DNA of 45,410 nt from Mucilaginibacter sp. (GCA_029237615.1 JAQNCM010000411.1:1-45410); one strand, 5' to 3'; positions 21,498-32,141 are shown, counted from the stretch's first letter. Numbers and translations: made by a program. The notes: generated from the letters alone by a model not told the origin.

Positions 21498-21645
21498 CAG
21501 CTTAAGCCGGGCAAGTTTGAAAATAACTCAATAAACCAATTCAACAAAATACATATATTGCATATTAATAGCCTGATTGCTCCTGCAAATAAGGTAACCA
21601 ATTAACTAGTTATAATTTTTTACTGTTCTTAAACCCACTAGAATT

Positions 21646-23037
21646 ATGTCGTCTGATCGCAGAAAATTTATTAAGCAATTAGGAGGTACCATTGTACTGT
21701 CCTCTGCCACACTTTCGGGCTTTGCAGCTATGGAAGATCATGAAAGAAGATTATTACAAGCTGAAAAAAGATTCAGCGCAAATGATAAAATTAGAATTGC
21801 CACCATCGGCATGGGTATTATGGGATTTAATGATACCCATAGTGCGCTAAACTGCCCCGGTGTTGAACTGGTTGGCTGCTGTGATTTATACACAGGCAGA
21901 CTACAGCGCGCAAAGGAAGTTTTTGGCGCAAATATTTTTACAACTTCAGATTACCGGGAGATACTAAACCGGAAAGATGTGGATGCCGTTATTATTGCTA
22001 CGAGTGACAACTGGCATAGCACCATTGCAATTGAAGCTATGCACAAAGGCAAAGCGGTTTACAGCGAAAAACCAATGGTTCATTACATCAGTGAAGGGCT
22101 CAACGAAATAAAAGCCCAGCAGGAAACCAAAGCTATTTTCCAGGTGGGCAGCCAGCGGGTTAGCAGCCTGGCTTTTCAAAAGGCTAAAGAATTATACCAG
22201 GCAGGCGCTATCGGACAGATAAATTCTGTTGAAGCCTCGTTTAACCGGCAAAATGCACTGGGCGCCTGGCAATATACCATCCCTTTGGATGCTTCGCCTG
22301 CAACGGTGGACTGGAACCGATACCAGGCAAATGAAAAGGTAAAGCTTCCTTATAATGATAACAGATTTTTCAGGTGGCGTAATTACCGCGAATATGGTAC
22401 TGGCGTAGCCGGTGATCTTTTTGTGCACCTTTTATCGGGGATCCATTTTATCACCGATTCAAAGGGTCCTGATAAGATATTTTCCATCGGCGGAACCTAT
22501 TACTGGAAAGATGGAAGAAATGTGCCGGATGTAATGAGCGCCGTTATTGAATATCCCGAATCAAAAGAACATCCTGCGTTCCAGGTAACGCTGCGGGTAA
22601 ATTTTGTAAGCGGCGAAGGAGAACGCACCTCTACCAAAATCATTGGCTCAGAAGGGGTGCTTTTTATGGATGACGACCAAGGCTTTACAATCAGTAAAAA
22701 TAAAATGCCTGTTGCACCTGGCATTGGCGGATGGGATTCGCTATCCACTTTTCCGGAAGATATGCAGAAAAAATTAATGGATAATTATAATACAAAATAT
22801 CCTGCTGCCGACAGGCAATCACCAAATTTACCGGGTGTAACCTATCATTCTCCCCAGGGATATAGTTCATCAAACGATCACTTTGCCAATTTTATGGATT
22901 CCGTCCGCACCGGTAAACCAGTGGTGGAAGATGCCGTATTTGGTTTCAGGGCTGCTGCTCCCTGCCTGGCCTGCAACGACAGCTATTTCCAGAATAAAGT
23001 TATACACTGGGATCCCGTAAATATGAAACTGGTTTAA
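21646..23037 (+). CDS. Gfo/Idh/MocA NAD-dependent oxidoreductase with Tat signal
   Basis: SDRRKFIK twin-arginine leader, IGMGIMG Rossmann motif, EKP, QVGSQR, GD..VH. Confidence 0.92.
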   Translation: MSSDRRKFIKQLGGTIVLSSATLSGFAAMEDHERRLLQAEKRFSANDKIRIATIGMGIMGFNDTHSALNCPGVELVGCCDLYTGRLQRAKEVFGANIFTTSDYREILNRKDVDAVIIATSDNWHSTIAIEAMHKGKAVYSEKPMVHYISEGLNEIKAQQETKAIFQVGSQRVSSLAFQKAKELYQAGAIGQINSVEASFNRQNALGAWQYTIPLDASPATVDWNRYQANEKVKLPYNDNRFFRWRNYREYGTGVAGDLFVHLLSGIHFITDSKGPDKIFSIGGTYYWKDGRNVPDVMSAVIEYPESKEHPAFQVTLRVNFVSGEGERTSTKIIGSEGVLFMDDDQGFTISKNKMPVAPGIGGWDSLSTFPEDMQKKLMDNYNTKYPAADRQSPNLPGVTYHSPQGYSSSNDHFANFMDSVRTGKPVVEDAVFGFRAAAPCLACNDSYFQNKVIHWDPVNMKLV

Positions 23038-23092
23038 AACATCGACGGGTAAAGTCGGACGGTAATCAGGTAACTGTTGTTAATCTTTCAAA

Positions 23093-24283
23093 TTACAATT
23101 TGATAAACGTGCGTTTTCCAACAAGGCTGTTATCGTTGTTATTGATCACCTGTATAATATAGGTTCCTGGCGCCAGATTGCTAACATTAGCCTGCCAGTT
23201 AGCAGAGCTTGAGGTAGCTGCTTTTATAACGTAACCGCTGGTGCTTATGATCTTAATATCATAGGATGAGGCACCACTATAATTGATTGAAGCCAAAGCA
23301 GGGAGCGCATTGGTTTTTTTTGCCGGCGGTAAGCTGCCGGCATTTTGTATAACCGACAGATTTATAAGTCCGTTTGAAGGATTGGGATAGATGTTCAGGT
23401 TGTTTGCAACAGTAGCGGCATTGCCGTAGCTAAGTGTTATCATGCTTGTATAACTGACAGCGCCATTTAAATCTGTAATTTTTACGCGGTACTGGTCACT
23501 GCCGTTAATTGGATTTTTATCCAGGAAACTGTATGATCCTTTGCAATTTGAAGTTATGCCATTTAATATATAAAAGGTTTTGCCGTTATCAATACTTCGT
23601 TCAATAGTAAAGTCTGTGTAATCCTGCTCGTTTTCTGTCATCCAACTTATCTCGGCCCCGTTGTTTACTTTGGTAGCTATGAAATTTAATAAGTGAATGC
23701 CTAACGCAGGGTTTTGGCGGATGACAACCTGGAAACGGTTACTTCCAAAGCTGTTGGTATCTTTTTTATTTATATAAAATGAATAGGAACTATTATTCCG
23801 CAGGTCAAGGGAATCTTTCTTGTATTTATCTATCAGCCATATTTCATAAATAGGCGGGATTGAATCGAGTTCGGTTCTTTGAAGCCTAAATAGGCCGCTT
23901 TTTGCACCTTCTACGTCTAACCTGATAACTTGCGGCGACCGCTTTGGCAACGGTAAAAGGTTTACAGATAAACGAACATTGTCTGATGAATAGCTTGACA
24001 AACCTTCGGGGGCATTTATGCCGGGTAAATATCCTGAATCTTCCTGTGGATTATATTTAGTTGAGGTGCTGGCACCGAATCCTATAACTATATCATCATA
24101 GTTTAAAGAGTCGATTATTAATTTTAAACGCAATAGCTTAAAGCTAATAACATCTTGCCCGGTTCCGGGGCCTCCAACACGATGACTGATTTTTTTGGTT
24201 GATAAATGGTTGGTTGCATCTGCGTTTCTAAATGCAGTTAACAGTAAAAATACAATAAGGCATAAGTGTGCTTTAGGTTTCAC
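23093..24283 (-). CDS. T9SS type A sorting domain protein (signal peptide plus C-terminal module only)
   Basis: GTG start, signal peptide, SW.TENE..Y..F.IERS Ig-like domain, IYPNPS...LAPGTYII...KRTFIKL CTD; paralogous to the C-terminus of the neighbouring gene. Confidence 0.88.
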   Translation of the reverse strand: MKPKAHLCLIVFLLLTAFRNADATNHLSTKKISHRVGGPGTGQDVISFKLLRLKLIIDSLNYDDIVIGFGASTSTKYNPQEDSGYLPGINAPEGLSSYSSDNVRLSVNLLPLPKRSPQVIRLDVEGAKSGLFRLQRTELDSIPPIYEIWLIDKYKKDSLDLRNNSSYSFYINKKDTNSFGSNRFQVVIRQNPALGIHLLNFIATKVNNGAEISWMTENEQDYTDFTIERSIDNGKTFYILNGITSNCKGSYSFLDKNPINGSDQYRVKITDLNGAVSYTSMITLSYGNAATVANNLNIYPNPSNGLINLSVIQNAGSLPPAKKTNALPALASINYSGASSYDIKIISTSGYVIKAATSSSANWQANVSNLAPGTYIIQVINNNDNSLVGKRTFIKL

Positions 24284-24694
24284 GTTAAAAAAATCAATAA
24301 TTTATCAAATCTGTTTGATCTCAGCAATAACAATGCTGAAGTATTGTTAATCAGAATAATAAGGATAAATAAATATTAATTAGAGGAAAAAGTCTGTGAT
24401 TTTCTTGTAGGTGGGGGTAATTAAACTGTTATTTTATTGGTTTTTCTTTAAAATTAATAAGCGGTTTTATTCCCCATTCAGCATATAAGAAAGTTTTTCT
24501 ACAATGTGATAGCTTAACACCCCAAGTTGTGTAATTGTTATAAACAGTTGTGGTGCACGGCAAAGCGATTAATAAAAAGGGGCGCCAGATTATCTTAAAT
24601 CGACCTGAAAGATAATTAAACGTCAAAAAGGAAGGTTTATGGAGCGGATGGTCATGTTTTGGGGGATCTTTTCTCCATCAGCTTACCATAAAAG

Positions 24695-27600
24695 TTAAAT
24701 TTTAACAAAGGTGCTTTTACCCACCAGTTTGTTATTGTTTTTATTAATTACCTGTATAATGTAAGTGCCTGGTGTAAGGCTGCTCACGTTATCCTGCCAG
24801 TTTGCAGATGCTGAAGTTGTTGATTTTATCACAGCCCCTGTAATGCTTATTATTTTAATATCATAAGCAGCCGCGGGGCTGCTGTTGTTTGCAGAAGCAA
24901 GGCCGGGAATAGAATTGGCGGATTGCAGCGCAGACAAGCCGTTGGTGGTGCTATTTGACAGGATAGACAGGTTAATTACACCATTTGATGGATTAGGATA
25001 TACGCTTAAGGTATTGGCATTAGTGACAGTGCCAAAAGAAAGCGCAATAACATTTGAATAGGTGATGTTACCGTTCAGGTCTTCAATTTTAAGGCGGTAC
25101 AGATCAGTGCCGTTAACCGGATTGTTATCCGACAGGCTGTAAGTTCCTTGTGCACTTGAAACAAAACCACCTGTTACGTCAAATGTCACTCCGTTATCAG
25201 TACTTCTTTGAACAGTGAAGCTGGTATAATTCTGCTCATTCTCTGTTGTCCAGCTGATTTGCGATTTATTTGTTTCTTTTATTACGGAAAAACTTAACAG
25301 GTGTACCCCTAAAGCAGGATTTTGACGGATGATAACCTGGAAGCGGTTACTTCCAAAGCTCGCCTTATCCGATAAATTAATATTAAAGGCATAGGTAGTA
25401 TTATTGCGCAGATCCAATGAGTCCTTTTTGTAGGTGTCCATCAGCCATACTTCGTAAAGTTGCGGGATGGCGTCCAGGGCAGTTCTTTCAAGTGTATACC
25501 GGCCGTTAACCCATCCGGTAACATTTAACCGGATCACCTGCCGGCCTTTCCCGGGCAAAGGCAGAGAATTGATCGCTAAAGGCACACTATCAGCCGAGAA
25601 GCTTGATAAACTTTCCATTGCACCGCCTAATCCGGGCAGGTAATGAGAATCTTCTGCGGGGTTATACTTTGTCGAAGCTGTTGAATTAAAAGCAACCACC
25701 GTGTTATCATAATTCAATGAATCAATGATAAGTTTTAACCGTATCAGTTGCGGAGCAGTCTGGGCAACGGGAGTTCCCATATACAGGCTGGAACCGACGG
25801 GTAAAGAAGTTGGAGCTTTCGCCGACTCATTAAATGTTAAAGCCGGAAGCGCAGAAGTATTATTATTATTCCCCTGCACAAAAAATCCCTGACCGCTGGC
25901 AATTTTACCCGAAAATGTGGCTGCACTTCCAAGGTGGCTACTTGAAGAGTACGTATCATACTGGTAGGTTACCGGGTTAAAGGCATATATGGTCGGATTG
26001 ATGTTTGTAACAGTAATGCCACCGGTATTAACGGTTTCCCAGTCTATTGTACAAGGGTAAGGATTACCAACCATATTAAATCCCCGTACTGTAGCATTGC
26101 CGGCGGTAACTGTATAACCCAAATTGGGTGAACTTGTGGTGTACCAATCCTTTACCGTTACACTTTGCTGGTTTAAGGCGCCTTTGGTGGTTAAAGTAAC
26201 ATTTTCAGGCGCTATGAAAGGATATTTGGTCCGGGTGGTCCAGTTGGTTGCCGCTCCTCTGAAAAAGAAAAGCACGCCGTTACCAATCGGAATGGTGCCG
26301 GAGGTAGTTCCGTCAGACATAGTCATTGCAGAAGCAGATGCGATATTAATTAGACCGATGAAATTGCCACTGGTAAAAGAAGAATTGCTGGGAGCCCTGT
26401 TTTCGCGGAATAAATACAATGTCGGGTTGCCCGCACTGGTACTTCCTCCGGTTGCACCGGTAACGAAAGCATTGGTAACGCTGCTGGCCCCTGTGGTAGA
26501 TCCGGCGGTACTTCCCACAATATAACTTAAATCATAAATATTATTGCCGTTAACCTTAGTGCCGGTGTTCACCGGCGATGAGATGATCCGGTAAGCACGT
26601 GCTAACCACCGGCCTTTAACATTGTCAAAAGTACTGCTTCCCTGGTAATAACGCTCAACATTAAAAGTGCCTGTACATAAGGCTTGCTGGCTTGAACCTA
26701 CGCTTGTATTTAATGCAGCAATAGCCGCTGAACCGTTTGCATCTGATTGTAATGTAAACACCCCGGGGCTGGTATTGGTTACAGAGGTTGATACGGCAGT
26801 TGGATAAATTATCGAAGTTGATCCTAAATAAAAAGTGCCGGTATTGGTTAGGGACGCGCTTTGTGCCCCTAAAGTAATAACGCATGCTGAACCTGATGTA
26901 CCTGCGTAAAAAGTGCCGGAGTTGGTTATAGAAGATGTATATGTTGAGGCGTTAATTGCTGTTGCCGAATCCGCAGTAAAGGTTGCGGTATTGTTAAGGA
27001 CCTGCGCATTGCTGCCCGCTGTAAAATTAATTGTGGTTCCGCTTACATGCATATTACCGGTACCTGTATTTTGAATATTTGCCCCCTGCCCTGTTAAATA
27101 ATAAGTTGAGCCATGGTCCCTGAATGTACCGTTATTATAAATATATGCGGCCCCACCGCTGCCCGTTAAATTGAAAGTACTGGTGGTTGCAGTAAATGCT
27201 GATGAAGTGCTGGTGCTTTTTAAATACGCCTGGCTTGGGAAATTAAATATGCATGAATTGGCAACAAATTTGCCTGCATAGGTTATATATCCCGGCGTAC
27301 TATTGATATCAAAGGTTGTATTGTTTGCAATAGTGGTACCAGGACTTACAAAGGATGAGTAACTCCCGATACTAAAGGTGCAGCCGGTTAGATTAAGTGT
27401 CCCATTATTGGTTAATGTTCCTTGATTTGACGAAAAATCAATGGTGCTCCCCAATGCAAAAGTAACAGTGGTGCCAGATGAAATTGACATTGAAGCATGG
27501 TACCCAAAACTTGACGTGCCAGTGATGGTTGCTGTCCCGCTTCCGCTGAATATAATGCCTATAGCTGCACCTGATGGCTGTGCTATGTTTAACCCGGCTG

Positions 27601-27919
27601 TGATTGTTAGAGATGGGGTAGTTCCGGTAAAACTTATGGTGATCCCGGAAACACCAAAATTGGTTGATTGAAGCTGGCTTATTGTATATGTTCCGGTATA
27701 AGTTATGGTTGCATTACTTGTATTGATAACGGCAATATCCGTTGTTCCGGAGCTGCCCGGATATACGGTAGAAGTAGATCCGTTAAATGTCCAGTTTGAT
27801 GCAACATTCCATGAACCTGTTGCCCCGCCTTGCCATGTATAGGTATTTGCGCCATAAGCGCTGCTGATACTTACGGCTATTGTAAATAAAATTATAAGGT
27901 TGAGTATGCGTGCTTTCAA
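24695..27919 (-). CDS. Large T9SS-secreted Ser/Thr/Gly-rich adhesin-like protein (putative beta-solenoid)
   Basis: TTG start, signal peptide, YTWQGG..GSWN.ASNW, quasi-repeats of (T/N)N.GTF, GFNMVGNPYPCTIDW, IASGQGFFV, VYPNPS...LTPGTYII...KSTFVKI CTD. Confidence 0.88.
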   Translation of the reverse strand: MKARILNLIILFTIAVSISSAYGANTYTWQGGATGSWNVASNWTFNGSTSTVYPGSSGTTDIAVINTSNATITYTGTYTISQLQSTNFGVSGITISFTGTTPSLTITAGLNIAQPSGAAIGIIFSGSGTATITGTSSFGYHASMSISSGTTVTFALGSTIDFSSNQGTLTNNGTLNLTGCTFSIGSYSSFVSPGTTIANNTTFDINSTPGYITYAGKFVANSCIFNFPSQAYLKSTSTSSAFTATTSTFNLTGSGGAAYIYNNGTFRDHGSTYYLTGQGANIQNTGTGNMHVSGTTINFTAGSNAQVLNNTATFTADSATAINASTYTSSITNSGTFYAGTSGSACVITLGAQSASLTNTGTFYLGSTSIIYPTAVSTSVTNTSPGVFTLQSDANGSAAIAALNTSVGSSQQALCTGTFNVERYYQGSSTFDNVKGRWLARAYRIISSPVNTGTKVNGNNIYDLSYIVGSTAGSTTGASSVTNAFVTGATGGSTSAGNPTLYLFRENRAPSNSSFTSGNFIGLINIASASAMTMSDGTTSGTIPIGNGVLFFFRGAATNWTTRTKYPFIAPENVTLTTKGALNQQSVTVKDWYTTSSPNLGYTVTAGNATVRGFNMVGNPYPCTIDWETVNTGGITVTNINPTIYAFNPVTYQYDTYSSSSHLGSAATFSGKIASGQGFFVQGNNNNTSALPALTFNESAKAPTSLPVGSSLYMGTPVAQTAPQLIRLKLIIDSLNYDNTVVAFNSTASTKYNPAEDSHYLPGLGGAMESLSSFSADSVPLAINSLPLPGKGRQVIRLNVTGWVNGRYTLERTALDAIPQLYEVWLMDTYKKDSLDLRNNTTYAFNINLSDKASFGSNRFQVIIRQNPALGVHLLSFSVIKETNKSQISWTTENEQNYTSFTVQRSTDNGVTFDVTGGFVSSAQGTYSLSDNNPVNGTDLYRLKIEDLNGNITYSNVIALSFGTVTNANTLSVYPNPSNGVINLSILSNSTTNGLSALQSANSIPGLASANNSSPAAAYDIKIISITGAVIKSTTSASANWQDNVSSLTPGTYIIQVINKNNNKLVGKSTFVKI

Positions 27920-28365
27920 TGTTTTGGTTTAATTATCATTACATATGGGTTAATTTAATTAATCCATGCGTCGTTTTTTAATAATATTTTAACCATTAAT
28001 AAAATGAAATTAATTAATTTTTAATAAGCTAACTAATCTTATTTTTTCAATTCGCTCATTTATACGAAATGATAATCAATAGGTTACGGGTATTCTATTA
28101 AGGTGTTGTTTAATTTAAGCTGGGATTCAGGGGCCGAAAAAAAACCTCTCAATTGTAAATTCCGATAGCTTTTTTTTAAGGTAATTGCAGCTACATTATT
28201 TATGTACAATATTATAAAATCAGCGCGGCAGATGGCCGTAACTATTCAGATCCCGAATCAAGATATCGGTATTAAAACAAAACAAAATTTCATAATACAA
28301 TATAAAATACGGAAACTTGTTTACTATGACGATCGCCCGCTTTAATTGCTATATATCAGCCAAAT

Positions 28366-31300
28366 ATGAATAAAAGTTACACAGCAATTATCGGCGCTTT
28401 TTTTTTGTTGTGTATTGTAAGTGAAACATTCGGTCAGCAAATATTGGTGACAGATGCCAAAAAAAAGGAGTTGGCTGATCAGTCATCCAGGTCAAACAAT
28501 TTATTCCGGGTTAATTTTCAAAGGGCGGCAACGCTTGCAAAAAGCCATGGATGGACCATTCGCAGAAAAACAAAAAATGGCGGATTAGTTTCATTACAAG
28601 GAGTAAATAGCCTGGGCTTTCCTGTATATTTAACTACCTATAATAACACGGTAGCGGCAGCTACCACGCAAACCAATGCAGTGCAGCCAGGCGGTACGAT
28701 GCAATTAAACCTGTCTGGTGCCAGCACTGTTTTAAATAATAAATTGGCTATTTGGGATGGCGGATCTGTATATAAAGCCCATCAGGAGTTTGCCGGAAAG
28801 ACCATCACCATTGAAGATACAGCAACAGTAATAGATCATGCAACACATGTAGCAGGTACCATGATCGCAAAAGGCGTTTATGCGCCGGCTAAAGGCATGG
28901 CATTCAATGCTTCCACCCTGCACTCTTATTATTTTGATAACGACGTAACAAAAATGAGCGCCGCCGCACCGGGATTATTACTTTCCAATCATTCCTACGG
29001 TGATGAGGCGGGATGGAGCTTTAACGATAGTCAAAACCGCTGGGAATGGTATGGCTTGCCCGGGGATTCTGTTGATTATAATTTTGGCTTTTATGGATCC
29101 CGGACGCAGGAATGGGATAATATTGCCTATAGTGCTCCTTATTACCTTATTGTGGAATCAGCGGGAAATAGCCACGCCTACACAGGGCCTGCGGTTGGCG
29201 GCGATTATTATGGTTACCAAAGCCGTGCAAATCAAACATTGGTTGATAAGGGGCCCAGGCCGGCCGGTATAAGCAGTAATGCCGGTTATGACGTGATCAG
29301 TACAACCGGTAATGCAAAAAATATACTTACGGTTGGTGCTGTAAATCCATTGCCCTACGGCCCGGCAAGCGGCCGGGATATTTCCGTTGCCTCGTTTAGC
29401 AGCTGGGGCCCTACAGCTGATGGCCGGGTTAAACCTGATATTGTTGGTGATGGTGTAGATGTACTTTCTGCAGGAAACACAAACACGGCATCTTATATAA
29501 CTTTATCCGGTACCTCTATGGCCGCCCCCAATATCACTGGGTCCTTATACCTGTTACAGGAATATTATTCACAAAAAAACAATGGAAATTTTATGCGCGC
29601 TGCCACGCTTAAAGCGCTGGCCTGCCATACTGCTTTTGATGCGGGTAATGTCGGTCCTGATTATATTTATGGATGGGGTCTGCTGGATATGAGCAAAGCG
29701 GCAAAAGCGATCACCGATAATGGAACGTTAAGCGTAATAAAAGAAAATATACTGCGACAGGGACAGCAGCAAACTTACAAAGTAATAGCATCAGGAGATG
29801 GGACTTTAGCTGCAACCATAGCATGGACAGATCCCGCCGCATCCATCACACCCGATGGCACCATAAACAGCCGGACGCCAAAGTTAGTGAACGACCTGGA
29901 TGTGCGGATAAGTGATGGAACAACAACCTTTAAGCCCTGGATATTGGATCCTTCAAATCCGTCTGCGGCAGCAAAAACAGGTGATAATATTTTAGACAAC
30001 GTGGAACAGGTTTACGTGCCAGGCGTGGTTTCAGGCAGGCTGTATACGATAACGGTATCGCACAAAGGGACGTTAATGACCGGTTTGCAGGATTACTCGC
30101 TTATTGCCACCGGAGTTGGGGGCGCTGTCTATTGCATTTCTGCCCCGTTATCCAATGCCGATTCCAGAATTGATAATTTGACATTATCCAACCTTAATTT
30201 TACACAGCCACCCGGTTGTACCACTTATTCGGATCATACAAATTTAACTATTCAACTGGAACAGGGGAAAACTTATCCCTTAAGTATAAAAGCAGGCACT
30301 TGCAGTGCAAATTTTAATAAAGCTGCAAAAGTTTATATTGACTGGAATGGAAATGGTGTGTTTGATGCAAATGAATTAGTAGCTGCTTCGGGAATTATTA
30401 ATGGGACAGGCACTTATACAACAAATGTTGCAGTCCCTTTGTCGGTGATACCTGGTAACTACAGCATGATGCGTGTGGTACTAACAGAAACAAGCGATAC
30501 TTCTGTTATAAAACCATGTGGTACCTACGCCCAGGGCGAAACCCAGGACTACCGGGTACAGTTTTTAAAAACAAGCATTGATGCCGGTGTAACCGCTATT
30601 GTAAGTCCGGATACCACAGGCGCCTGCTCCGCTACAACCCAGGTTGCTGTAGCGTTAAAAAACTTCGGCAGCCAGCCGGTAAGCAATATTCCCGTAACCG
30701 TTACAATTATCGCGCCCGGTAACACGGTTACAACTTTGCAGCAAATGTACATCGGTACGTTGCAGCCGTTGGAGCAGGAAAATTTTACATTGAACGGTAC
30801 CTTTAATGCTGTCACAGGCGCAAGTTACCGCATTACGGCAACCAGTAACCTGCCCGGCGATGTGATTAGTTCAAATAACTCTGCAAGCGAAACAGTTGTA
30901 ATAAATTCGCCGCCAGTTTTAAGTAACCTTATGGCTTATTATTGCGATAATACCAGGCAATACCAGCTTTCAGGTACGGGGGATGGAACGCTGTTATGGT
31001 ATCAAAATATCGCTGATACTATACCTGTTTCCTTTGGCGCGGTTACCGCTGTAACAAAGGCCCCCGTTAATGACACCTGGTATGCCGGGCTGAATGATTT
31101 TAAGGGAAGTATCGGCCCCGCCACAAAAAGCGTTTTTACCGGTGGGGGATATAACCAGTTTACCCCTTATGTTAATATAAATACAAAGATCCCCGTTATT
31201 ATTGAAAGTGCCCGTTTATATATCGGCAATAGCGGCAGGATCACTTTTAATGTTGCCAATACAAACGGCGAAGTGGTATCAACAGTCACTATAAATGCCA

Positions 31301-32103
31301 TTGCCACCCGTACTCATCCGCAACCCGGTGCCCTAAGCGATGACCCTAATGACCAGGGTGCGGTTTATCCGCTGAATTTGTTATTGCCGTCTTCAGGCAA
31401 ATACACAATCAGTGTGGTTTTTGATAGCACTGCCACCATTTACCGCAGCAATACAGGGGTAACAGGTTATCCTTTTACCATCGGTAATATATTTAATATC
31501 ACGGGTAATAACGCAACATCAGCTGCAGATACAGCTTATTATAAAGGGTTTTACTACTATTTTTATAATATGAAGGTAAAGAGCGCAGGCTGTGCAGCTG
31601 CAGCAAGGCAGTCAGTTACCGTTATCAGGGCAGTAATCACCGAAAACGGCACTGTTTTAAGCTCCAATTTCACAGCAGGCAACCAATGGTACCTGGAGGG
31701 TAACCCAATCAGCAACGCAACCGGCGCCACCTTTGTGCCGGTAAAAAGCGGCAATTACACAGTAAAGATAACTTTAACCGGCGGGTGCCAGCTGGTGTCT
31801 GACAATTTGGTGTATGTTTTACTGACGGGTAACTCAGGCGCTGCTTCAGACATTGGGCTGGCCGTATTCCCGGTGCCGGCAAACAACCAGCTAAACGTTA
31901 TTTTTGCGGCAAAAACCAGCGGCGAATTATCCTTATCGCTTATAAATGCAGCAGGTCAAATTGTTTATATCAATCAGCAAACTATTGCTGCGGGCAACTT
32001 CAGTAAAACTATTAATGTAGCAACCCTGCCTCCAGGTAATTATGTTTTAAGGCTGATGTTAGGGCAAAAAACTTATAACAGCAAAATTGTTATAGGGCGT
32101 TAG
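28366..32103 (+). CDS. S8 subtilisin-like serine peptidase with GEVED domain and T9SS CTD
   Basis: Catalytic triad IWDGG / HATHVAGT / GTSMAAP; SAGN oxyanion motif; VYIDWN.NG.FD...GETQDY (GEVED); CARDB/Ig-like segment; VFPVPA...LPPGNY...KIVI CTD. Confidence 0.95.
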   Translation: MNKSYTAIIGAFFLLCIVSETFGQQILVTDAKKKELADQSSRSNNLFRVNFQRAATLAKSHGWTIRRKTKNGGLVSLQGVNSLGFPVYLTTYNNTVAAATTQTNAVQPGGTMQLNLSGASTVLNNKLAIWDGGSVYKAHQEFAGKTITIEDTATVIDHATHVAGTMIAKGVYAPAKGMAFNASTLHSYYFDNDVTKMSAAAPGLLLSNHSYGDEAGWSFNDSQNRWEWYGLPGDSVDYNFGFYGSRTQEWDNIAYSAPYYLIVESAGNSHAYTGPAVGGDYYGYQSRANQTLVDKGPRPAGISSNAGYDVISTTGNAKNILTVGAVNPLPYGPASGRDISVASFSSWGPTADGRVKPDIVGDGVDVLSAGNTNTASYITLSGTSMAAPNITGSLYLLQEYYSQKNNGNFMRAATLKALACHTAFDAGNVGPDYIYGWGLLDMSKAAKAITDNGTLSVIKENILRQGQQQTYKVIASGDGTLAATIAWTDPAASITPDGTINSRTPKLVNDLDVRISDGTTTFKPWILDPSNPSAAAKTGDNILDNVEQVYVPGVVSGRLYTITVSHKGTLMTGLQDYSLIATGVGGAVYCISAPLSNADSRIDNLTLSNLNFTQPPGCTTYSDHTNLTIQLEQGKTYPLSIKAGTCSANFNKAAKVYIDWNGNGVFDANELVAASGIINGTGTYTTNVAVPLSVIPGNYSMMRVVLTETSDTSVIKPCGTYAQGETQDYRVQFLKTSIDAGVTAIVSPDTTGACSATTQVAVALKNFGSQPVSNIPVTVTIIAPGNTVTTLQQMYIGTLQPLEQENFTLNGTFNAVTGASYRITATSNLPGDVISSNNSASETVVINSPPVLSNLMAYYCDNTRQYQLSGTGDGTLLWYQNIADTIPVSFGAVTAVTKAPVNDTWYAGLNDFKGSIGPATKSVFTGGGYNQFTPYVNINTKIPVIIESARLYIGNSGRITFNVANTNGEVVSTVTINAIATRTHPQPGALSDDPNDQGAVYPLNLLLPSSGKYTISVVFDSTATIYRSNTGVTGYPFTIGNIFNITGNNATSAADTAYYKGFYYYFYNMKVKSAGCAAAARQSVTVIRAVITENGTVLSSNFTAGNQWYLEGNPISNATGATFVPVKSGNYTVKITLTGGCQLVSDNLVYVLLTGNSGAASDIGLAVFPVPANNQLNVIFAAKTSGELSLSLINAAGQIVYINQQTIAAGNFSKTINVATLPPGNYVLRLMLGQKTYNSKIVIGR

Positions 32104-32141
32104 AAGCTAAAAGACTAAAGCCAATTGCAGCAGCCCCTTAC

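Noticed and set aside
24429-24626. 65-aa ORF between the T9SS paralogs
   Set aside because: Non-ATG start, no recognisable motif, and it lies in probable terminator/promoter DNA.
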